64,000 nucleotides of DNA from Nemertoderma westbladi (lineage: Eukaryota > Animalia > Xenacoelomorpha), in the NCBI GenBank assembly GCA_032718475.1, contig JAUCBJ010000001.1:62001-126000 (forward strand). Reading direction: 5' to 3'. The position numbers and the translations under genes are program-made. The notes beneath the pieces were generated by a model that was not told where the DNA came from, did not search any database, and worked only from the letters and a program-made list of their open reading frames with translations. This document shows positions 25,750-38,700 of the stretch, one piece after another; within the stretch, counting starts at the first letter, position 1, and every line of letters begins with the position of its first letter.

Positions 25750-27510
25750 TTGTTGCTCGTTTTTGCTCATTGCCTGTCGTTGTGCTTTATTATTTCTCGT
25801 TGTTGGTCATTGTTGCTCATTGTTTCTCATTGTTGCTCATTGTTGCTTATTAGTGCTCATTGTTGCTCGTTAGTTGTACTTTATTATTGCTCGTTGTTGC
25901 TCATTGTGATCGTTGTTGCTCGTTGTTGTACTCTATTATTGCTCGTTGTTGCTCATTGTTCCTTGTTGGTGCTCATTGTTGCTCGTTGTTGTACTCTATT
26001 ATTGCTCGTTGTTGCTCATTATTGCTCATTGTTGCTTCTTGTTGTACTTTATTATTGCACGTTCAATCGTTGTTCCTCATTGTTGCTCGTTGTTGTACTT
26101 TATTATTGCTCATTGTTGCTCAATATTACTCGTTGTTGCTCATTCGCTCGTTGTTGATTACTTTATTATTGCTCATTTTTGCTCGTTGTGGCTCATTGTC
26201 TGATTGTTGCTCAATGTTACTCGTTGTTGCTCAGTGTTTCTCATTGTTGCTCGTTGTTGCTCAATGCTACTCATTGTTATACTTTATTATTGCTCATTGT
26301 TGCTCAATATTACTCGTTGTTGCTCATTGTCGCTCATTGTACTTTATTATTGCTCATTGTTGCTCAATAAAACTCGTTGTTGCTCGTTCAGTCGTTGTTG
26401 CTCATTATTGCTCATTTTTGTACTTTATTATTGCTCATTGTTTCTCAATATTACTCGTTGTTGCTCATTGTCGCTCGTTGTTGTACCGGTACTTTATTAT
26501 TGCTCATTGTTGCTCAATATAACTCGTTGTTGCTCGTTCAGTCGTTGTTGCTCATTATTGCTCGTTGTTGTTCATTATTATTGCTCATTGTTGCTCAATA
26601 TTACTCTTTGTTGCTCATTGTCGCTCGTTGTTGTACTTTATTATTGCTCATTGTTGCTCAATATAACTCGCTGTTGCTCGTTCAGTCGTTGTTGCTCATT
26701 ATTGCTCATTGTTGTTCTTTATTATTGCTCATTGTTGCTCAGTGTTTCTCATTGTTGCTCATTGTTACTCGTTGTTACTCATTGTCATTGTTGCTCATTG
26801 TTCCTCATGTCCTCGTTGTTGTACTTTATTATGGCCCGTTGTTGCTCATTATTACTCATTGTTACTTGTTGTTGCTCGTTGTTGTACTTTATTATTGCTC
26901 GTTCAGTTGTTGTTGCTCATTATTACTCGTTCAGTCGTTGTTGTTCTTTATTGTTGCTCGTTGTTGCTCAATGATACTCGTTGTTATACTTTATTATTGC
27001 TCATTGTTGCTCAATGTTACTCGTTGTTACTCATTGTCATTGGTGCTCATTGTTACTCGTTGTTCCTCATGTCCTCGTTGTTGTACTTTATTATTGCTCA
27101 TTGTTGCTCGTTGTTTCTCAATGGTACTCGTTGTTGCTCGTTGTTACTCGTTGTTGCTCGTTCAGTCGTTATTCCTTATTATTGCTCATTGTTGCTCAAT
27201 GTTACTCGTTGTTGCTCGTTTTTACTCGTTGTTGCTCATTGTTGTTCGTTATTTCTCGCTGTTGCTCGTTGTTGTACTGTATTATTGCTCATTTTTGTCG
27301 TTGTGGCTCATTGTCTGATTGTTGCTCAATGTTACTCGTTGTTGCTCATTGTTATGTTACTCGCTGTTGCTCATTGTTGCTCGTTCAGTCGTTGTTCCTC
27401 ATTATTGCTCATTGTTGCTCAATGTTACTCGTTGTTGATCGTTGTTACTCGTTGTTTTGTTACTCATTGTTCAGTTATTGCTTATTGTTGGCCATTGTTG
27501 CTCGTTGTGC
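25750..27510. repeat. Low-complexity minisatellite built from ttgttgctca/ttgttgctcg/tactttatta units
   Basis: Directly visible ~10-bp periodicity; source of the spurious Leu/Cys-rich ORFs. Confidence 0.95.
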
Positions 27511-27805
27511 ATTTTTGCACCTATCAAATTAAGCACAGAAGCTCCCTTATCTCTGTATCTTGCAGTCTTGCAATGTCCTGTCCAGGTTAGGCAGTTAGGA
27601 GGTCATAACTGTCATAAGCAGATAAGGGCAGAAGGAGGACGGGGCTGGGAGACGAGGTTATAAGAGACATTCCAGCATTATATAAGGATATTTAATTTAA
27701 TTTATTTTATTTTATTAATTTATTTTTTTTATTTAGGAGGCCTAATTTAATTTATTTAATTAAATTAAATTAAATTAATTTATTTTATTTAATTTATTTA
27801 ATATA

Positions 27806-28966
27806 CCGTAATTCGGGGTGACTTGATACAGCAAGTTATACTTTTTTTCTTTAACGGATTGTGGGTGATTGCGTGATGTTATGATAAAAATTGAAATATT
27901 AGAAGATGTCTAAATAAATTGTCTATCATATAGTAAAATAAATTTTGTCATTGCTTCGCATTTGTGATCACGAGAGCCAAAAATGCATTTTTCAAAAATT
28001 CACTTTTTTTTAATGTCCAAATATAGGTCGAATTTTTGACACTTTGGGTTAATGTTGTTCAAAAATTATTTTTACAGATGCTAATAGATGAGTTTGAATA
28101 TTATGATCCTAAAAAAAATTTACAAATTTTCATATGAATTGGGGGTGGAGTGCCCGTTTTTTGAAAGTGTATCTTAAAATGGGGTGACTTGATACATATA
28201 TACAGTATATTGTAGGCGAAAATGTTCTGATACCTGTGACTTAAACGTTGATTTGGCAAAATTTGTGCTTAAATTCATTGATTTAGTTTGCAGTTTTTTC
28301 TAAAATGCTTTGTCTTATTTACTGGTGTCAGGATGTCACAATGCAATAAAAGTCTTTTTCGTTTTTAAACTTCAATTTAACTTGTTAATGTTAAATTTTC
28401 TAAAGTATTTTATCTTTACTTAAACCTTAAATTTGCAAAATTTGTGCTTAAATTCATTGTTTTAGTTTCCAGTTTTTTCTAAAATGTATTGTCTTACTTA
28501 TTGGTGTCAGGATGTCACTATGCAATGAAGGTCTTTTTCGTTTTTAAAGTGCAATTTAACTTGTTAAATATGAAATATTTTGCCATAAAAAATGGAGTTA
28601 TTTTTAATTTTAGCAATGATTTTATATCCCCGTTAGGTGGGGACTTCGTTCTTTTTTGAAAATTTCCAAGATGTATCAAGTCACCCCCACAGCCTACAAC
28701 ATGATCCAAACTCATTCACAGAGTGGTATTATTGCGGAAAATTTGCTTGTGTATCAAGTCACCCCGTTATGTGGGGTGACTTGATACAGCTGGTTTTTAA
28801 GAAAAAACACCACTAGACTAAGCACCTGGAATAGTGCTTTAGTCTAGTGGTGTAGTACTCATCCCGACTATAAAATTTTCTTTTTATTCCATCTGTGTAG
28901 GATAAAAACTTCAGAAGATATTCACAGTTAAAGTCAAAAACTGTATCAAGTCACCCCGAATTACGG
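27806..28966. mobile_element. Tc1/mariner (pogo/Fot1-like) MITE
   Basis: Perfect 25-bp TIR ccgtaattcggggtgacttgataca / tgtatcaagtcaccccgaattacgg; TA TSD; internal copies of ggggtgacttgataca. Confidence 0.92.
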
Positions 28967-29463
28967 TATGAGAAATGAGAAATATTTAATTTATTTAAGG
29001 ATAAGGAGAATGCAGATTTTGGAATGAAATTGTATACCTAAATAAGAAACCCATGTCAAAAAGTTCTTATTTAAGGACTTTTAGTATTTATGTGTACAAT
29101 CTCGATGTCTTAAATAAGGCAAATTTAAAAAATCCCTCTTATTTAAGAACTGGTCGTTTTTTGATGCAATTTTAAAAGGCTTGTAGAAAAAAAACCGGAC
29201 AGTGAAATGTTTTCTGGTTTTTTGCATTATGTTCAAGAAAGACCCAACTTTTATATTGTGAAATAAAATTATGCGGTATTTTTTCCTGAAACAAGTTCTT
29301 GCATATTATGTCGAAAAAATATCCAAAAAAGGCCCAAAAACCCCTAAATAAGAGCCATTTTCCTTAAATAAGAACCCACTTTTGGAGCTTATTTAAGGGT
29401 ATGTTCCCTACTGTAGTAGGTCAACGTCAACTGACTGTTTTTAAATGTAGATGTGATGAAGAT

Positions 29464-29920
29464 GCGAGCGTAGCGAACACGAAAATTTTAACATTTCAGC
29501 ATTTAAAGTAGGCAAACCGACCGACTGTTTTCAAATACAGATGTCTTTAAATTGTGAGCTGGCGAGCGTAGCAAGCACGAAAATTTTAACATTTCAGCAT
29601 TTAAAGTAGGCAAACCGACTGTTTTCAAATACAGACAGACAGATGTCATTAAATTGTGAGCTGGCGAGCGTAGCGAGCACGAAAATTTTAACATTTCAGC
29701 ATTTAAAGTAGGCAAACCGACTGTTTTCAAATACAGATGTCATTAAATTGTGAGCTGGCGAGCGTAGCGAGCACGGAAATTCTGCTGAATCATGCAGGCT
29801 GTCTTGGTTTGAAGAATCTGACAATTGAAAAACTTTTGAAACAAGTCATGTTTTTAATGCATAATGGTCATGCTCAATCTGTCCGTTTCCATTTGTCAAC
29901 AAAGGACCACAGCCAGACAG
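29464..29920 (+). repeat. 94-bp tandem repeat (gcgagcgtagcgagc core) + 150-bp tail, copy 1
   Basis: Period 94 (29664 to 29758); block duplicated almost identically at 32010-32410. Confidence 0.9.
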
Positions 29921-29974
29921 CAGTCAGGGAGATCATCAATTTTGGGGTTACCCCAAATTTCGAATTCTGGTACT

Positions 29975-30235
29975 AGACTGTCGAAAATTGGGGTTTTTTG
30001 TTCAAATTTGAGGTATTTTTAGGCTCATAATATCGGGTGTTGCTGCGACTTAGGGAAACTGTTGGAGCAACTTCTACTTTTAATATGTTAAAATATAATG
30101 TAAAATAAGAACTTTTATCGATGCAATAAAATATTTCACCGATGCAAACATGCTTTTATCTGTTTATTGGGGCCGAAAATTGAAATTTGAGGTTAAACCT
30201 CAAATTTGAGACAAAACCTCAAATTTCGCCAGTCT
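29975..30235. mobile_element. Small MITE-like inverted repeat element
   Basis: agactgtcgaaaattggggt / acctcaaatttcgccagtct with aaatttgagg subterminal repeats. Confidence 0.5.
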
Positions 30236-31619
30236 TTACAACATCACCAGCCTGCCAGCAGTAGGGTGTAGCAGTAGGCTTTGCTGCTTAGTGCTTATAG
30301 AGCTTGGTGAGAATGGGTGACCAGTGTAACCTGTGACATGACATGTATGCAGGGCAGGGTAGGCTTAACCTTACAGTACAGCACAGCAACTTACAGTCAA
30401 TAACTTTAATGATTGTTAACTCCGTTGGGTGCCGTTAGTGATTGGTGATAAAAATGCAGAAGACTAGAGAATTTCGCTATCCTTCCTTACAGCCTTACTG
30501 TTGGTAAGAAGAACAGTAGACCAAATCCTCACTGTTGCGAGATTCAAGCTCACACAGCTGCACAGTCACAGACTCAGGAAGGCCTACTATATCTTGTAGA
30601 TGTTGAATCAATTCCAGAATTTGGTAGTTTACATATTCTGGCATTCATCGGTTCTGTTCATCATTCATATCACACATCTTAAGAAAAAAAAATGTTTTCT
30701 GGTTGTTGGATGTCCTCTTTAAAACTTTGTATATCAAATGAAGCCATTCCTCTCCTGACAGCCTGAAGACTTATGTAATATTCGCCTGCCCTAGCTCTAT
30801 CTGTCAATTGGAATACTGTACCATCATTCTTCCACAGTTTGGAGCCCATTTCTAGACAAATGTGGCCGCAAAGGTTGACGTGGTTTATACAATATATGTG
30901 GACTTGATTCTTTATTTCTATACGACTGGAGACTCTAAAGTTGGAACCACTACCTACTGCAGTACCGGTATACATCAATTAAAGTTTAATTTGATAATGT
31001 GCTTTAAACTTATACAGTTTTATGTCTGTATGTAAAGATCTAAACCTGATCCTCCATTACAACAATGTGCAACATCCTTGCAGACTATTTTAATATCCCA
31101 GCCAGACATCCAATGCAATCATTACCTGGCCATATATATAAAATTATGAAGCAAAGGCCATGCCCCGCCCATCTGCCCATGTCTGCATGTTCCATAATCC
31201 ATACATCACCTCTTCTTCATCAGGGTCATTAACATATGGAACATGCTGGACCTGGGACACAGTAGAAACATCATCATCACTAATCACTATTCTATTAAAC
31301 AGTCTTTAGACTCTGCTTTCTTATCAAGACATCTGAAATGTTTTAGAAATCTAAGTGACTGTTTGTTATACTATACATACATACATCCTTTTAAATTGAC
31401 CTTATGAGGAACCAGAATCATTTATAACTTGGGCAAAAAGTATAACCTTTTTCACTAACCTATTCTCGAGGCTTTATCCATGTTATCTCATCTCTGGAGT
31501 ACACCTTGCAGGCACTAAAGTTGCATTGCAACGTATTGGATGGATTTTGCTCAAATTTAGATCAAAAATTTTGATCAACACATTCAATGAAATTTTAGAA
31601 ATTCCACCAAAAATATTTT

Positions 31620-31884
31620 GGCACTTGTGTCAAATCAAATAGGTGGCCCTCCTAATCTGCTAATCCTGAAATCACCAGCTAATCCTGAAATTTAGTGCAG
31701 GTGATATCAATATTCCTAACTCTTGTTTATTGTTTTTTGGTTACTTTCAACTCACCTCTGTAACCTGCTCCTTTGCTAACCCTCTAACCGGGCACTAGTC
31801 TGCTAGTGAAAGTGACTTTAGTTTAGGTGATTTCAGGATTAGCAGATTAGGTGCTAGGAGGGTCCCCTATTTGACACAAGTGCC
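31620..31884. mobile_element. MITE with GG..CC ends and 8-bp TSD (Merlin- or MULE-like)
   Basis: TIR ggcacttgtgtcaaat / atttgacacaagtgcc plus internal inverted ctaatctgctaatcctgaaatcacc; TSD aatatttt / aatgtttt; carries one bipartite motif in its centre. Confidence 0.8.
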
Positions 31885-32009
31885 AATGTTTTATTTTACT
31901 TTTTTTACCGGGAGAAAAAGTAAAATCAATGCAAAATTATGGCTCTATGGTACATTATTATGTGGCAATATTATTCAATATTATTGCAGGTTGCTGTGTT
32001 GCCGACTTT

Positions 32010-32410
32010 GCAAACCGACCGACTGTTTCCAAATACAGATGTCTTTAAATTGTGAGCTGGCGAGCGTAGCAAGCACGAAAATTTTAACATTTCAGCATTT
32101 AAAGTAGGCAAACCGACTGTTTTCAAATACAGATGTCATTAAATTGTGAGCTGGCGAGCGTAGCGAACACGAAAATTTTAACATTTCAGCATTTAAAGTA
32201 GGCAAACCGACTGTTTTCAAATACAGATGTCATTAAATTGTGAGCTGGCGAGCGTAGCGAGCACGGAAATTCTGCTGAATCATGCAGGCTGTCTTGGTTT
32301 GAAGAATCTGACAATTGAAAAACTTTTGAAACAAGTCATGTTTTTAATGCATAATGGTCATGCTCAATCTGTCCGTTTCCATTTGTCAACAAAGGACCAC
32401 AGCCAGACAG
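32010..32410 (+). repeat. 94-bp tandem repeat + 150-bp tail, copy 2
   Basis: Direct repeat of ~29510-29920, ending at the same agccagacag. Confidence 0.9.
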
Positions 32411-32847
32411 TGGACAGTGCTAAGAGTAGGCTTAGGCCTACAGTATAAACGCGAGCGAAGCGAGCGGACATTTTTCAATCTTTTTAAACCTATGGAATAA
32501 TTTCAAATAGAGATGTAGAGCTGTAGAGTGGGATGTGTTGCCAGTGCAGCAGTGCACTCGCGCTAAGCTATGTCGTCAGATCGTACCCTAACCCTACATC
32601 CATATTCGCTGAGATCAGCCATGCATTGAGCGGGGGCTGATCTAGCTGTCTAGCAGTCAGAGAGTAGGCCCCTATTACAACACAATCTTGAGTTTTAATG
32701 CAGCCTTTTGTGTTCAAAAAACACAAAAAACGGTCCCAAGCCCGCAAAATTGCAGAGGGAGAACTCAATAAAGTTGCAGATAGACAGATAGAGGCGTACA
32801 TACAGACAGACATACATAGCCTACATAATGTAGCGTACAGTCTATCC

Positions 32848-34104
32848 TAGGGCTCAACAGAAGCTTCGGCTTCGGTTCGGTTCGGGCCGAAGTTGGGCAA
32901 TTTCGGTTCGGTTCGGCTTCTGCAATTGATACTGCAGAAGCCCGGAGCAAACTTTGCTAAATATTCAAAGTATTACATTGACTGATTGAGCTAAGACCAT
33001 ACGTCCTCCCTACTTCATGTAGAACCTTTCAGTAGTTACTCACATATTTGTAGATAATAAAGTCTATGATAAAATATAATATAATAGTGCCTGGTGGTAT
33101 TGTGTTTTGTGGTACTCTGGTATTTCAGTATTTTCGGTGTCTGCACCAGTGTTTGCACCACTGTCTGCACCACTGTCTGCACCACTGTCTGCATCACTGT
33201 CTGCACCAGTATCTGCACCACTGTCTGGACCATTGTCTGCACCACTGCCTGCACCACTGTCTGCACCACTGTCCGCACCAGTGTCTGCACCACTGTCCAC
33301 ACCAGGTGTCTGAACCACTGTCTGTACCACTGTCTGCACCACTGTCTGCACCAGTGTCTGCACCAGTGTCTGCACCGCTGTCTGCACGATGCACCACTGT
33401 TTGCACCACTGTCCGCACCAGGTGTCTGCACCACTGTCTGCTTAACGTTTACACCCTTAATTGTGGACTGAACTTCCATTTAAAAAATGGCATTATTTTT
33501 TTAATCGTTGCCAGTTTACTTGGCTGCTTGGGTAGTTTCAAAATCAGCTTAATTATACAGTAGTTTAGGTTAGGCTAAATATTGCATTTTACTTTGTAGT
33601 AGGCCTACCTATTTTTTAATTAATCATAACTTTGATACATAATACCAAATATACCTACTACCTCATATAAATAGTATTACAAAGACTACCTGTACTTTTA
33701 GTGAGGTTTTCTAAATTTGATGTCACTACTGACTACTGTACGGCTTACTACGGGTGAAAATGTGGTGCATACAGTAAGTGCATGCATACAGTGAGTATAC
33801 ACTAGTTTAGGTTAGTAATGTACAGTCAGACAGTAATGTATATATCTGAATATTGCCATTTCATTTTGTAGTACTTATTTTTTTAATTAATCATAGCTTT
33901 CTCGCTAAGTCCGCAGACCAAATAGGTACCAGTCTGCCACTGGCAGTCAGCCAGTGCCCAGTATAGTGACGTAAATACGAATTTATGACCATAACTTGCT
34001 AACTTTCTGAACTTCGGTTCGGATTCGGTTCGGTTCGGCCCGAAGTTGGCCCTGCTTCGGTTCGGTTCGGTTCGGCACCAGAAAGTGCCTTCTGTTGAAC
34101 CCTA
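32848..34104. mobile_element. hAT-type non-autonomous transposon
   Basis: TIR tagggctcaacagaag / cttctgttgaacccta; perfect 8-bp TSD gtctatcc; ttcgg subterminal repeats. Confidence 0.92.
33138..33440. repeat. 12-bp minisatellite (gtctgcaccact)n inside the hAT element
   Basis: Directly visible, roughly 25 copies. Confidence 0.95.
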
Positions 34105-35385
34105 GTCTATCCTTCAGTATATGGGCTACTTTAAGACTAAGACAGTATGACCTAAATTTTGAGTCTCAGTTATAGGAGTTTTATCTACCCACTGCATAGT
34201 TGTAAAAGCTTTTGCGGATATAACAAGTCATTTTTGTCCGCAATATACTGTGTAGGTGTTTTAGCGGACATAACAAGACATTTCTCCGCAATGTATATAC
34301 CGTGAAGGTGTTTTAGCGGATATAACAAGCCATTTTCTCCGCAATGCGCTTAATACTCTAAAGACTGTAACTCAGATGACGAAATCTGTCAGCTGGTTTA
34401 CTGTACACGTGGAGCCTCTCTTTGTTCAGCTCGCTCAGCTCAGCCAATCAGAGCGATTTTCATTTTATCTTGTACAGAGGCCTACGGGAAATCGCGCAAT
34501 GCATTACGGTCTTTGTTTACCTTTCTGAGTGAGAACAACTGCTTGGAAATTCTTCTGTACTTCTGTGTTGGAAGTTTCAGACTTTGACCTAAACATCAGA
34601 AACATCAGATGGCTTTGATTACAAGAATGTAAAACTATTAACTGAATCATTGCTGAATCATACTTCATATCTGAATCACTGAAACATCGCGGCACTACGC
34701 AACGCGATTCAACTACCGCATCACACCGCAATTCATGCATTGCTGCACATGGAACACTGCATAAGTAACACATACTGACTGTTCACCGCATTATTTGATT
34801 CTGTTATTAATTGGTGTTATGTTGGTATATATTGCTGATATATTTGGAGAATACCGATGAATAATCATAAAACCCCAATCTTCTTGATTACTAAAGGTTA
34901 GAGGAACAGGTTTACCGGTAGCAACTGCGACTTACATTATAGTGGTTTGTTTTTGTGTGAATTGAATGCTATTTCATAATCCCTACATGTGTCAGTTGCG
35001 ATCCTCCTTATATATGATCAAATTCAGTGACGGTCGGCAGATCAGTGCGCAGTAGTGTGAACTAGTGTGAAGTCGTGTGAAGTAGTGTGAAGGTTAATAA
35101 AGCATCTCCTAAAGAATGCGCTTTTTACGAAACTCAGTAGCCATCCAGTTGTGATTAGTATAAGTCATAACTCTGTTTTATACTTAAAGCGCCACGTCCT
35201 AAAGGAACTGTTAATATTTCCCCGAAAGTAAATATATTGTCAGAGATTATATATTAACGATCAATCGAATAATACAGTAGGTCTACACTGCAATCACTAT
35301 CAAAGCATCCGAATCCAGTCTCCCTTAACTGTGGGTGAATGGTCGCGCACAGGCTGGCTTCGGCTGATGTAACTTCAGTACATTA

Positions 35386-35689
35386 TGTAATGTTCTATAT
35401 TTATGTAGACAAGAATTAACCAAATAATTAAAGAATATAATATTACTTAAATTCAGATTAGGCCTATATATTAACAGTAGTTTTAAATGATAATAAATTA
35501 AATTAGACAGAAATAATACAAATTGATTGCATAAGTTATCTAAGTATATCAACCAGTCACCATATAGGTTAAATTAACGGCTGACTGACTAAAGGTCATT
35601 CAAACATAACAAGAGTAATGAGTTTGTAATGACATTAACAGATTGCCAATTAGATGATTGATTGAGATGGTTTAATGTTTTGTTCTACA
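35386..35689 (-). repeat. 3' LTR (304 bp)
   Basis: Matches 39917-40214 apart from a 6-bp GGCCTA insertion and at least one substitution. Confidence 0.95.
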
Positions 35690-35717
35690 TGACACCCTTC
35701 CTTTTAAAGCGGAGCAT

Positions 35718-38700
35718 TCATTGTGAATAATGATAAGTTTTTGTAGTAAGGAAAAATGTGACATGACGACGTTTACTTCTTTTGATTTTCGTTGAGAGAA
35801 TGTCTTCTTGAATACACATTGTATCTCCAAACTTAATGGCTGGCTTTATTCGATCAACTGATACACGGATTTCATTTCCATTCTGTAATATCACAACTGT
35901 TTTATCATTGCGATTGATGACCTTATAAGGACCTTGGTAAGGTCGTTGGAGTGACGATTGCCGAATCTCCCGCCGAAGCCATACATGAGACGCTTCGGAC
36001 AGGTCTTTGGGAACATAATGTGGTTTATTGTGTAGTCGTTCTGGTGGAATGAAATTTTTCATCTTATTGAATAGTTTGTCAACAAAGGAACTATTGGGTA
36101 GGTGATGTTGTGGTTCTATATTCAAGAAATACTCAGACGGTAAGGAGATTTCTGAGCCATATACAAGTTGTGATGGCGAGTATCCATGTTCACCAATTGT
36201 TGATCTGAGTCCAAGCAATACTAATGGCAAAGCGTCATACCAGTTGGAATTAGTGCAAACCGCACGTAATGCATTCTTTAGTTGGCGATGAAATCTTTCA
36301 ACAGCCCCATTGCAGGCTGGGTGGTATGACGTTGTTCGTTTTCTTTCTATTCCTAGTCTCTCCATTAAACAACTCCAAAGAGATGATTGGAATTGTGCTC
36401 CTCTGTCGCTTATGATGATTCGAGGTACTCCAAAGCGTGAGATCCATGCACGAATTAATGCGCCGGCTACAGTTTCTGTTGTTATATTACAAATTGGAAT
36501 AACTTCCATCCAATGAGTAAAACGATCAACAATGGTTACTAAATATTTATATCCACGGGATGATGGAAGAGGACCAACTATGTCTATATGCAGTGTGTAA
36601 AATCGAGATGTTGTAGGAATAGTTTGAACCGGTGATTTTGTATGCAGAGTTATTTTAGAGGATTGACAATCCAAACATTCTTTAGCCCATTTAGTAACTT
36701 CCTTGTTAATGCCGGGCCAAATATATCTTTCCTTCATCATCTTTACTGATGCCTTTGGTCCTGGGTGAGACAAGTCGTGAAGTTGTCTGAATGTTTTATA
36801 ACGTAGTTGTATTGGTATGTATGGACGAAGTTGATTAGTAGAATCATCACACCAGAGTATATTTTTACCTATAGATAATTTTTTTAGGGGCAGACTTGTG
36901 TTTTTGAAGAAGACTTGAAGGCTAGGATCATTTGCTTGTTCTTTAGCAAGCGATTCATCAGCATCAGTGATGATGCTAAGATTATGGAGTTTGTTTGTTT
37001 CGGTGTATTCTATTGCATCAGAAGTGTGTTCAACCTCAGCCTCTGGGCGAGAAAAGGCATCCGCAACCAAGTTTTCTGATCCTCGTATATAATGTATAGT
37101 GCAATTATGCTCTGAAATGAACGACAACCAACGAGTTTGTTGCGGTGTAGGGGTTTTCATCACCATGGCATTGACCAGGGGTTTATGATCCGTTTGTATT
37201 TTAAATTCCAATCCAAGTAGCCAAGGAAAATGTTTTAGAGAAAGATAAACGGCCAGGAGTTCTCTGTCAAAAGTTGATTTTTTACTTTCCAAAGCCGTGA
37301 GTTTGCGAGAGAAGAAAGCAAGTGGACTGCTGTCATTGTCAATCACTTGAGTAACAACTGCTCCTACTGCTTTATCAGATGCATCTGTTGTCAAAACGAT
37401 TGTTGCGTTTACTTTTGGAAAAGCCAGAGTTACAGCATTGCTTATCGCAGTTTTTAGCTTTAAAAATGCAGTATTTGCATCCTCTGACCAAGACAATTGA
37501 GAATGTTTTGATGTGCAATGTTGGGTCATGTCTGTCAATAAAGCTGCTGTATGTGAAAAATGTGGGATAAAACGATGGTAATATCCTGACATTCCCAAGA
37601 ACCGTTTCAAGCCTTTTAATGTAGTGGGTCGCGGGAAGTTTTTTATTGCCTCTATCTTGCTCTCGGTAGGTTGTGTACCATTCTTAGACACCAAAACGCC
37701 CAAGAATTCAACGTTCTCACAGAAGAATTTGCATTTACTAATTTTTACTTTAAGACCATTTTCAGTTAATCTTTGCAATACAAGACGTAGATGTTGAAAA
37801 TGGGTTTCGATATCTTTACTGCCAATTATGATATCATCGATGTATACCACTGCGAAATCAAAGTCAATAATTATGTCTAACAGGCGCTGGAACGTTTGAC
37901 TTGCGTTTTTCATACCATAAGGCATGCGCTTATAAAGGAAGAGCCCAAAGGGTGTTATTATAGCTGTCTTAAGAATGTCCTGCTCTGCCACTGGTACCTG
38001 ATGAAATGCAGAAATTAAATCTATCTTTGAAAATACCGTCCACCCATAAAATCCGTTCAAAATATCCGCTGATTTAGGCATTGGGTAACGATCTGGCTGT
38101 GTCTGTTTGTTTAGCATACGATAATCTCCACAACATCTGAGAGATTTATCTGGCTTTGTGACTATATGTAAGGGAGTAGCCCATGGTGATTCACCACGAA
38201 CTATAATGCCTTTCCGTTCCATTTCAGCGAATTCTCTCTTTGCTGCTTCCAGCCTTGCCCCTTGCAAAGGCCGTGCTTTCGAATAACATGGCGGTCCATT
38301 AGTGACAATGTGATGTTTAACAGGATGGGTAATAGGTCTAGTGTTATCTACAGAAGTGAATAAATCCTTATGTTCCAACAACAAACATTTCAGTCGTTCA
38401 TTGTTGTGGTTAGTTAAAATTTCTGATTTTATGTAATTAAGAGTGAACGTTTTGTTTATGTAGTTTGTTGTAAATTGTTTGCCATCACTCTGTGAAGTTG
38501 AACTTGTAAAGAATAAAGAACTGTTATTGCAGTTTATACCAATACCATTTGACCTAAGAAAGTCCATGCCCAATATTGGTTGTGATACATCACCTAAAAT
38601 GAATGACCACTTGAATGTTTTGTTTAGGGAAGGAATTGTAAATGTAACATCAGCTAATCCTCGAGTGCTGATGTCAGTTCCATTTGCCGCTATCAGTTTG

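Larger units (their letters stand above)
16041..29413. mobile_element. Tc1/mariner-like long-TIR element (ca(g)tagggaaca ends, TA-flanked), interrupted
   Basis: Left arm = 16041-16113 + 24439-24790; right arm = 29010-29413; high-identity reverse complement. Confidence 0.8.

Noticed and set aside
25750-27663. Long Leu/Cys/Val-rich ORFs
   Set aside because: Overlapping ORFs in all three frames arise from a low-complexity repeat that rarely produces stop codons.
30600-31560. Possible decayed Cys/His-rich (PHD-like) coding remnant on the minus strand
   Set aside because: Stops and frameshifts in all frames; no family could be recognised by eye.
33036-33563. Repetitive ORFs (VVQT, SAPL, CLHH)
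   Set aside because: Products of a 12-bp minisatellite inside a hAT element.
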